This document shows, in pieces, positions 57,401 through 64,000 of a stretch of 64,000 nt of DNA (its first letter is position 1; every line of letters begins with the position of its first letter). The position numbers were made by a program, and so were the translations under genes. The DNA comes from an uncultured Pseudomonadota bacterium (GTDB lineage Bacteria; Oederibacteriota; Muellerivitia; Muellerivitales; Muellerivitaceae), in the NCBI GenBank assembly GCA_963770835.1, contig CAVYRH010000011.1, positions 128,001-192,000 of the forward strand, read 5' to 3'. A model generated the notes under the pieces. The model was not told the DNA's origin. It made no database searches and worked only from the letters and a program-made list of their open reading frames with translations.

Positions 57401-58170
57401 ACCCGTGTTTTTTTCGAATTGAAGCAGCCTAATCGCCAATAGGTTTTTTTCTTCGGTTTTTTGGGCAGTTGTTCCCACAGTACTTCATGTTCCTCGTCCT
57501 TAACGGTGTACTTGAGGTTCCATTCAGGCTGGACTTTGAGTTCGATATCCAGGTCGTTTTCATCCTGGCCGCCGACGTTCACCAGATGCACCAAACGGAC
57601 CAGGACGGCCGGGTTATCCCAAGCATTGTCGTCCGAGGGCGAGACGGGGGCGAAATCGTAACTTTCCACAGCCAACGTCGGGCCCTCCGCGCGGACTTTG
57701 ACGATACCGGAACGCCTCACCCATCCAATCTGTTGCTTAGGGTAGGCCACCTCCAAGCCGGCCCGGGTAATGCTCATGTGCATCCCCCCTAAGTCCGGTT
57801 CCTGGTAGGAAGCGCCGTAAAGGTTGGACCAGTTCCACAGGGGTCCGGAAAGGCCGATGAGGGCGAAGACCCGACCGTTTCCGACGCAATAAGCGCCAGT
57901 TTTATTAGCTTCCACCTGTTGGTGGTCGAGGTCAAAAGTCTCGTTCCACGAATAAAGATCGTTAAGCCAGGGCCGTTCCTTTATAAAATCAGCGCCCGCT
58001 TTTTCCAGGGATTGGGTGGACGGCGTAGGCGAAACAACTGGAACGGCCGTTGTTGGGGGACCTGGGGGCATTATCACCAAAGGTGTTGACGGGTCTCCCG
58101 AAATCGGGGTGTCCGCCATGAGAAAGCCAGTAGTTCCAAGGAAAATCAGCCAAAATATTTTCTTAATCAT
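54457..58170 (-). CDS. Large exported six-hairpin glycosidase-like protein (GH15-like fold) with C-terminal accessory domains
   Basis: Signal peptide, YSYTWIRD (GH15-like Y-x-x-x-W-x-R-D), WSYLKR, ENYW, GDFTEMYD and PWEGG; beta-rich C-terminus. Confidence 0.6.
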   Translation of the reverse strand: MIKKIFWLIFLGTTGFLMADTPISGDPSTPLVIMPPGPPTTAVPVVSPTPSTQSLEKAGADFIKERPWLNDLYSWNETFDLDHQQVEANKTGAYCVGNGRVFALIGLSGPLWNWSNLYGASYQEPDLGGMHMSITRAGLEVAYPKQQIGWVRRSGIVKVRAEGPTLAVESYDFAPVSPSDDNAWDNPAVLVRLVHLVNVGGQDENDLDIELKVQPEWNLKYTVKDEEHEVLWEQLPKKPKKKTYWRLGCFNSKKTRVWDHNLHYGVPNLKAGEETWVAFYLVSANSKGDNDSQTEEIKKKGPSRLLDGTRDYYAAWFDKGTTFSGDPKIADLFEIESLIFKSQQSYSGGFSPLVGYSYTWIRDNNGPIRWFLKTGHLEEAKRAMDFFYGVASTAGSLPNSIRVDYPLDYHLKDLSHIRVEFAETPNWIVLQYWWYYLTTGDIELIRARWSYLKRCIFGQLNIDDKYFFQRDETYLWCLESRIFDFVPFPNYYLSTFGFSTDSSFELVSAADHLAYLGKYLEMDKDVAALKKFAEEVRSKTEENYWIEKSGYWAPAQSLLGPLYNAPFANILLNPFWCGYARNDLNPIGETPVSTKRAVSAILNAYPWLGRDDGFWKTTPTVDFFVGMNPGQLLYDLCKAHLPWADAAYQSTLKAATPSGDFTEMYDANYHPWNPPSLGVGTSGRVRPWEGGLNTEALLEYLTGFSPDAGNGRVTFSPHLPETMKEFNATRLWVGPARVSLSMKRLDSKEWTFTLHLDRGEQLDVTTDFWPTRRVLSDLEPSEEVSWDKAISDTNGREGLCRFTLEADKDFSFTVSEGPRLPNDEANPPKPQIFEPEPYDVNGGELLLLTSPTAILNRHRYRYVDPENFISAGNSELKLMDKVTRSKEFLDMDLPISTEDIANALLDDKGRPKHRLTVFGRGVFSSGNHHFKPDSYWADPKVGQAIKKYLEEGGCLYLGPSFPNREDLPDWFVNLTGGGWEEGTLKDEVIVSEPAKMQANQKYLDEVKVSNPGSESGHAVTFAGETFEDTQNLPDSQNEKKMIQDQGRGFTGYYQFTMKTEPGFNHRLWLRVNTGHNIKGMTLQVQDSNDWKQVGVRTQSDGTTRHFLALYFDIPQKDITSNQTVFRFVSKTEDEVNLYHLWMYKLEGGSTQPIAQILGFASDQQMGEVAHGLLPKGTQWQSPLLLSQHPEQAGLLIQKIGKGYLIRSELALEDSVGLFRSLLKPETMDALADSWPGS

Positions 58171-59915
58171 GGCGTCCCGCTTCGTTTTTCAGCTGGGTTC
58201 GCGGTCGCCGGGGTATCGGGGGCGGTCGGGTTCGCCTTCGTTGACGGGGCTGGCTTGAGTACTTCATAAAAATAAACCTTCTTATGGTAAACCACCGGTT
58301 TTAATTTGTAGGTGGTGAAGAATTCCCGTACGCGGCCCTCGGGTAGTTTCAAAGTTTCCTCCAACAGCTGGCGTCCCCCGTCGATATCGTCGACGGTTTC
58401 CGTCAAAGCCCAAACCTGGCGGTGACGTTTCCATGTGTCTTGAAACACACCTGAAAGGTCGGACCAGGGATCGGGTTCGACCGACGTTTTTGCTTTCTTT
58501 TCTTTTTCTGGATTCTTGCCGATTTCCTTGTCCCCAATAGTTTTGTAAGTCCGCAAAAAGGTATAAAGGCTCAGGTATTTCCGTTTCTGGAATCGGTCCA
58601 GGTAATAATGAACGTTGTTGATACCGTCCACGACGAGAACGTCATCGGATCGGACCTTCCAATCCAGGGCCCCTAACAGTTCCTTGAAGTCGTAGTGGTT
58701 GGCCACCAGCTTGGTGCCGCTGCCCTGGGCGTTGTGGAGGAAAAGAAGCGTAATGAGGAAAGCCCAAACGCACGCCATCACGGACCGGTTGGCGAGGTGG
58801 AGGACCCGGTTTTTAAAGAACTGGGACAGGTCCGACCCTACCAGCCCCATCAGGATCCAGCAAGGCACGGTGGAGGAAACCCAGAATTCGATGTTCCAGG
58901 GTTCCCACCAGACAAAAAAAGGCACGAAAGCCGCCACCCATAGGACGGAAACCCAGAGGGCTTGACGGTGATAATCACAAAGGTGCTTGAGCCTTAAAAA
59001 GAAAACGACCAGAAGGAAAAAAACGGCGTATTGAAGGATGGTTTCTGCCGTGCCGAAGGTGAAAGGCTCCGCCATGCTATTGAATGGGCGCACATGGGGC
59101 AGGAAGGCCCGCACCATGGCGGACTGGCCGTGCCCGAAACCGGTTTTATCGAAATGTCCTCCCCAATTTTGAGGTGAATGAAAATATGAAAAAACCCACC
59201 ACAGCCAGTCATGAAATGTCCTGCGGTAGTAAATATAACGCCCGATAATGGCATAGGCGGCCAGGACGATCACTGTCAGGGCTGTCAGGTAATAAAGGCT
59301 TGCTTTCAAACGCTCCCACCATGTTTTCTCCTTGAGCAGTAGGATGCCCCCTAAAAAAGCGGGAAGAAGGAGGAGGTTGGTTTGATGCCCCAGTACGGCC
59401 AGGGCATGACCAGACCCAACTACCCATCCGAAGGCAGCCGGCATTTTTCTTTGGTATGTCAGCAAATACCAGGCGAAAAGGGGCGTCACAGTTGCGAATA
59501 TCCGGACACCTGGAATCGTGGAGAAATACCAATAACTATGGGAGAAGGCCATTCCCGCTGCCGCTAAAATGGCCACTAACCGGTCGTTGGTTTCACGGAC
59601 CAGAAGATGGAAAGCCAACAAGACTCCGGCTACACCGGTTATCAAGTCGAAAAACTGAAGAGCTACCAAACCATCCCAAGCGGCACCATGATCCCTTCCC
59701 CAAAGGAAAACCATTCTGCCCAAAAAAGTATAAAGCAAATGGTGGGGATGGAAAAAAAGCCATAGTGGCGTGGTGTCTTTCTCCACTTGTGAGGACATCG
59801 CCAGACCGTCAAAGGTATAGTTGAAAGAAAGATGGGAAAGGTAGAGGTAAAGGCAAAGCACCCAAAGACCAAACCCTAATAAAAGGGTACTGGCAGGCTT
59901 GTTCCACTCACGCAT
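58167..59915 (-). CDS. GT-C fold membrane glycosyltransferase-like protein (DUF2723/ArnT-like)
   Basis: About 11 TM, N-terminal TFDG, HPHHLLY, FS..YW.FS and HQTN; the stop overlaps the downstream ATG. Confidence 0.65.
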   Translation of the reverse strand: MREWNKPASTLLLGFGLWVLCLYLYLSHLSFNYTFDGLAMSSQVEKDTTPLWLFFHPHHLLYTFLGRMVFLWGRDHGAAWDGLVALQFFDLITGVAGVLLAFHLLVRETNDRLVAILAAAGMAFSHSYWYFSTIPGVRIFATVTPLFAWYLLTYQRKMPAAFGWVVGSGHALAVLGHQTNLLLLPAFLGGILLLKEKTWWERLKASLYYLTALTVIVLAAYAIIGRYIYYRRTFHDWLWWVFSYFHSPQNWGGHFDKTGFGHGQSAMVRAFLPHVRPFNSMAEPFTFGTAETILQYAVFFLLVVFFLRLKHLCDYHRQALWVSVLWVAAFVPFFVWWEPWNIEFWVSSTVPCWILMGLVGSDLSQFFKNRVLHLANRSVMACVWAFLITLLFLHNAQGSGTKLVANHYDFKELLGALDWKVRSDDVLVVDGINNVHYYLDRFQKRKYLSLYTFLRTYKTIGDKEIGKNPEKEKKAKTSVEPDPWSDLSGVFQDTWKRHRQVWALTETVDDIDGGRQLLEETLKLPEGRVREFFTTYKLKPVVYHKKVYFYEVLKPAPSTKANPTAPDTPATANPAEKRSGTP

Positions 59916-60051
59916 TCGAGGATCCTTTAAATCCGGTTCAACCGACCGTTCAGGGAAATTCCAGATGGCGGTTTAGAAACTCGTATTTAAAGGCAAAAAG
60001 CCACGTTAGGCAAGGCTCTCCATTTAGGCGTATGTTTCTAACAATGAACTA

Positions 60052-60561
60052 TCATTGTTTTTTATCCGGGACAAACTTTAATGCCACGCCATTCATGCAG
60101 TACCTAAGGCCTGTGGGCTGGGGACCGTCCTCGAAAACGTGGCCTAAATGTCCTCCGCAACGGGGGCAATTGACCTCCGTTCGATGCATAAACCAGGAAT
60201 TGTCCACCTTCGTGGCGACATTTTCCGGGTAAATGGGTTTGTAAAAACTTGGCCAACCCGTGCCGGATTCAAACTTCGTATCCGAACTGAAGAGTTCCAG
60301 CCCACAAGCCGCACAGACATAGACACCCTTTTCATGGTTTTCCCACAGACCGCCTTGGACGAACGGTTTTTCGGTTCCATGCTTACGCAGGACTTGGTAT
60401 TGTTCTGGTGTCAATTGAGCCTTCCATTCGGCGTCGGTCTTCTCAATCTTGTCCCCCATATATCTCCCCTTTTCTTTGGATGCGACAGCTTTGTCGCCAG
60501 CTTGCAACAAACCAATGGTCGCAAAAAAAATGGTCCAGCTGAAGATCAGAAACCTTCTCAT
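60052..60561 (-). CDS. msrB: Peptide-methionine (R)-S-oxide reductase with signal peptide
   Basis: [44 protein letters not shown]. Confidence 0.97.
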   Translation of the reverse strand: MRRFLIFSWTIFFATIGLLQAGDKAVASKEKGRYMGDKIEKTDAEWKAQLTPEQYQVLRKHGTEKPFVQGGLWENHEKGVYVCAACGLELFSSDTKFESGTGWPSFYKPIYPENVATKVDNSWFMHRTEVNCPRCGGHLGHVFEDGPQPTGLRYCMNGVALKFVPDKKQ

Positions 60562-60643
60562 TTTTACCCCTTTCCCCCCAAAAACATGAATCTGTCCTGG
60601 AATACGAAGCAGTGCGTTCGGAAAGTTACACGGGGAATTAATC

Positions 60644-61678
60644 TTAAGCTAAACCAGGTTGGAGTCTTTCCCCCGTGACCGAGTAGGGCCGGTGGGTTCC
60701 GCTTTTTCCCTTAATTCTTACAGGCTCCAGGGCCTCCATCCGAAACATGTCACCGGCGATATGGGCCAAATCCTGGTTGATAAGGATTTGACCGTCCTCG
60801 GCGATGGAACAAAGCCGGGAGGCGAAGTTGACGGTATCGCCGATCAATGTGAATTCCATTCGCCTGGCCGAGCCTAAGTTTCCGATAACCACTTCCCCAC
60901 AGGCCATCCCAACCCCAAGGCCGGTCGAAACGCTTTCGCTGTAATCCCCCCGGAAGGTGGCCTGGACTTGATGGAAACTGTCTTGCATTCTCAAGGCTCC
61001 AAGAATCGCTTTTTTTGCCGAATTTTCAGTGCTTTCAATGGAAAAAGGGAAAAAAGCCATGATGGCGTCGCCGATGTATTTGTTGATCTCGCCGCCGGAG
61101 AAGGCGATGATTTCCTCGAACTCCGTGAACATTCGGTTTAGATAGCGCACCGTTTCCTGGGGTTTTAATTTCTCCGTCATCGACGTAAAACCCCGGACGT
61201 CAGAAAAAAGGACGATGGCCCGCGTCAACTCGCCTTCCCAAACGGCTTGCCGCCCTTTTTGAGTGGCGAATTGCGAACCCTTGGTTCCTACAAACTTATC
61301 CAACACATGACGGGTTTCCGTCAGTTTTTTCTCCTGTTGCTGGAACTGCTGGGAAGCCAGGTCCATGAGTTCCTGCTTCTTTTTCTCCAAGCTTCCCAAA
61401 GTTGGATTCCGGATAACCTTGTAATCTTCCGGCAGAAGGCGGCAACGCATTAAAAAAAATTGAAGCTCCACAAAAAGTCCCTTTTGGGCCTTTCGAAAAA
61501 AATCGATCCAGGAAAGGATGAGGATGAAAAAGCCGGCCAGGCTGGCGCCAAGGCAGACCATCCAATTTCGAGTGAAATACCAGCAAATGCCAGTGATAAA
61601 ACCGCAGAGAAGAAAGCACCAAAAAAGAATCGCGGAACCTTCGAGGTGGAAAAGGGATTTATTTTCAGGGGAAGTCAT
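60644..61678 (-). CDS. Membrane-anchored class III adenylate/guanylate cyclase
   Basis: 2 TM, coiled coil, [18 protein letters not shown] and [14 protein letters not shown]. Confidence 0.93.
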   Translation of the reverse strand: MTSPENKSLFHLEGSAILFWCFLLCGFITGICWYFTRNWMVCLGASLAGFFILILSWIDFFRKAQKGLFVELQFFLMRCRLLPEDYKVIRNPTLGSLEKKKQELMDLASQQFQQQEKKLTETRHVLDKFVGTKGSQFATQKGRQAVWEGELTRAIVLFSDVRGFTSMTEKLKPQETVRYLNRMFTEFEEIIAFSGGEINKYIGDAIMAFFPFSIESTENSAKKAILGALRMQDSFHQVQATFRGDYSESVSTGLGVGMACGEVVIGNLGSARRMEFTLIGDTVNFASRLCSIAEDGQILINQDLAHIAGDMFRMEALEPVRIKGKSGTHRPYSVTGERLQPGLA

Positions 61679-61788
61679 TTGTCATTCTCCGGAGAATTTC
61701 TAAACAATTCCCATGATAACTGATTTTTATCTATCGGCCTCTAATCGTTATGAATCCGAAAAATTTTGTTAATCAGGTTATGGAGGCC

Positions 61789-62478
61789 TTACTTCGGATG
61801 TTGTTGAATATACCGATACAATTCTTCGGCGGATTCTTCGACCGTCAAGGCCGAGTGGTCCATCACGATGGACTCGGGAGTCTTACGAAGGCCTCCCACA
61901 GGCCGGTTAATGTCCCTTTCATCCCTGGCCTTTACATCCTCCATGACTTTTTCCAAGGTGATTGCGATCCCGGCCCTCTCTAAATCCCGCAGGCGCCGCT
62001 TAGCGCGCATTTCAACCGAAGCATCCAGGTAAAACTTGTATTGAGCGTCCGGAAAAACGTCGGTACCGATGTCACGGCCCTCCAAAACGGCGCCGCCATA
62101 AGGAGCACTGTCCTTCCGGCCCATTCGCTGCTGGCGGGCCACCAGGATTTTTCGGACCAGAACCGAATTGGCGATATAGGCCGAAGCTTGGGTCACTTCG
62201 GGAACCCGGATTTCCCGCGTTACATCTTCCCCATTTAGGAAGACCTTATTTTCCGGTTCCCCCGGCCTGAGTTCGATTTGGGATCCTTGGGCTATTTCCT
62301 CCAAAACTTCATTATTCTTCAGGTCGGCTTTTTTGCGAAGGGCGGCCAGGGTAACCGCCCGGTACATGGCCCCCGTGTCGATATGGAGGAAGCCGAGTTT
62401 GCGGGCGAGTGTTTTAGCAACGGTACTTTTTCCGGCTCCTGCCGGTCCGTCAATGGCGACAATGGTCACTTGGTTCAT
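61789..62478 (-). CDS. cmk: Cytidylate kinase
   Basis: AIDGPAGAGKST, DTGAMYR and EGRDIGT.VFPDA. Confidence 0.98.
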   Translation of the reverse strand: MNQVTIVAIDGPAGAGKSTVAKTLARKLGFLHIDTGAMYRAVTLAALRKKADLKNNEVLEEIAQGSQIELRPGEPENKVFLNGEDVTREIRVPEVTQASAYIANSVLVRKILVARQQRMGRKDSAPYGGAVLEGRDIGTDVFPDAQYKFYLDASVEMRAKRRLRDLERAGIAITLEKVMEDVKARDERDINRPVGGLRKTPESIVMDHSALTVEESAEELYRYIQQHPK

Positions 62479-63770
62479 TAAGCCGAAACCTTTTGGAGGA
62501 GTTTTTCAAATCCAGGGAAAGAAGTGTTTATATTTTCCGTGTCCAGGATGGTCGTCGTCCCTTTGGCGATTAAAGCCGCCACGGCCAAGGCCATCGCCAC
62601 GCGATGGTCCCCCCCAGAGGAAACCCGGCAGCCCTTCAAAGGTGTGGGCCCGTGGATGACCCATCCATCCACCGTGGGCTGGATATTGGCCCCCATTTTT
62701 TTTAAGGTCATGGCCATCATTAAGATACGGTCCGATTCTTTCACCTTTAAATCCCCGGCATTTTTGACGACGGTGGTTCCATGAGCTTGAGTGGCCGCCA
62801 CGGCGAAAACGGGAAACTCGTCGATCATTCGAGGAACGATCTCACCGCCCACCTCGGCTGCCTTGAGGCGGGAGGAAATCACCGTCAAATCCCCCATCGG
62901 TTCCCCAACACTCTGCGTCTTATGGCGTAAAACATCGACCTTGGCTCCCATTTTTTGGAGGATTTCCAGAATCCCTATTCGGGTGGGGTTGAGGCCGACG
63001 TTTTTTAAAATAATCCTGGAGTCTGGAACGATTAATCCAGCCACAATGAAAAACGCAGCGGAGGATATATCCCCCGGAACCCTAATTTTTTGGCCTTTGA
63101 AAGGCAACACTGGTCCTTTTATCGAGACAACACCGCCTCGTTGCTTAAAAGGGATGGAAAAAGCGCCGAACATTCTTTCAGTGTGGTCGCGGGTTGGTAT
63201 TGGTTGCAAAACTTTTGTCTCGCCCTCCGCGAAAAGACCGGCCAAAAGGAGCGCACTTTTGACTTGGGCACTCGCCACAGGCAGTTTGTAGGTAATGCCC
63301 TTCAGCTTGCGGGTTTCAATTTTCAGGGGCAGGAGGTTTCCATTCTCGGGTCCAGTGATCCGGGCGCCCATTTGGATTAGTGGGTCCACCACACGTCGCA
63401 TTGGCCGCCGACAGAGGTACTTATCCCCCGTGAGGCGGCTGGTAAAAGGCTGGCCCGCCAAAATCCCCAAGAGAATGCGGGCGGTGGTGCCGGAATTCCC
63501 AGCGTCCAGGATTTTTCGTGATGGTTTCAAGGAATTCAGTCCTTTACCGACAATGGTGACTCGGTCTCCCGACTTTTGGATTTTAACACCCATGTTTTTG
63601 AAAATTCCGATTGTTGAAAGACAATCGGCCGAATTGAGGAAATGACTCACATGGGTTGTTCCGTAGGCCAACGATCCCAGCATTACTGCCCGGTGGGAAA
63701 TGGACTTGTCTCCCGGAACGCTGATCGTCCCTCGGAGGTGTTGGGATGTGTGAACGACGAGTTGTTTCAT
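62478..63770 (-). CDS. aroA: 3-phosphoshikimate 1-carboxyvinyltransferase (EPSP synthase)
   Basis: PGDKSISHR, GNSGTT, RPM.R, SAQVKSA, RDHTE, KESDR and DHR.AM. Confidence 0.98.
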   Translation of the reverse strand: MKQLVVHTSQHLRGTISVPGDKSISHRAVMLGSLAYGTTHVSHFLNSADCLSTIGIFKNMGVKIQKSGDRVTIVGKGLNSLKPSRKILDAGNSGTTARILLGILAGQPFTSRLTGDKYLCRRPMRRVVDPLIQMGARITGPENGNLLPLKIETRKLKGITYKLPVASAQVKSALLLAGLFAEGETKVLQPIPTRDHTERMFGAFSIPFKQRGGVVSIKGPVLPFKGQKIRVPGDISSAAFFIVAGLIVPDSRIILKNVGLNPTRIGILEILQKMGAKVDVLRHKTQSVGEPMGDLTVISSRLKAAEVGGEIVPRMIDEFPVFAVAATQAHGTTVVKNAGDLKVKESDRILMMAMTLKKMGANIQPTVDGWVIHGPTPLKGCRVSSGGDHRVAMALAVAALIAKGTTTILDTENINTSFPGFEKLLQKVSA

Positions 63771-64000
63771 GGAAGTTTTTCTCGAAAATTCCGAGCCGTT
63801 TCAAAAAAGGAGAGCCAATAACGGCCGTTTTTCTTTTTTAAGTTTTTTTCAAGGACTTCCAAATTCCGGCGGTATTGGGAAAGGAAGGACTTTATTTCCG
63901 CCGCGTTCATTTCCACTATATCCTTCCACATGGCGGGATTCCCCGCCGAAATACGGGTGAAGTCCCGAAAACCGGAGCCGACGGCCTTTTGAAAAACTAG
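63767..64000 (-). CDS. tyrA: Prephenate dehydrogenase, C-terminal part (truncated by the window edge)
   Basis: Manual translation LVFQKAVGSGFRDFTRISAGNPAMWKDIVEMN...; the stop overlaps the aroA ATG (ATGA). Confidence 0.88.
   Translation of the reverse strand, partial: LVFQKAVGSGFRDFTRISAGNPAMWKDIVEMNAAEIKSFLSQYRRNLEVLEKNLKKKNGRYWLSFFETARNFREKLP

Overview
A 64-kb chromosomal segment from a diderm (Gram-negative-type) bacterium, mostly housekeeping genes. These include leuS, lptE, holA, rpsT, murJ, ogt, mutL, miaA, sppA, apt, a group-2 sigma-70, acylphosphatase, a HU/IHF-MerR-tRNA-Pro block, gpsA, plsY, der, rpsA, plsC, DAHP synthase, msrB, cmk, aroA and tyrA, plus three tRNAs (Arg-CCU, Pro-GGG, Pro-CGG). 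Gene orientation is almost perfectly convergent: + strand up to 30740 (except rpsT) and - strand from 30766 onward, which suggests the replication terminus. The main candidate system lies next to this switch. A lone, divergent 354-aa tyrosine recombinase has a 28-bp 11-6-11 dyad (TTTCGGTATAT-CTACAA-TTATACCGAGA, 28013-28040) ending 12 bp upstream of its start. This resembles a XerS/XerH/XerA-type single-recombinase dif module with a dif sequence I do not recognise. Other notable loci are a soluble Ser/Thr kinase-NHL plus FHA-GAF-adenylate cyclase pair; an SppA / membrane-propeller / gluzincin-propeller-FN3-Omp85 envelope cluster; a TPR plus TonB-receptor-like plus ExbB/ExbD/TonB operon; a FabD-like protein without the catalytic Ser; a rod-shaped candidate ncRNA; a GT-C plus six-hairpin glycosidase pair; and heptamer/palindromic intergenic repeats. 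Four apparent single-base insertions between 40 and 50 kb are most likely assembly errors. All calls come from reading motifs by eye; no searches were run.
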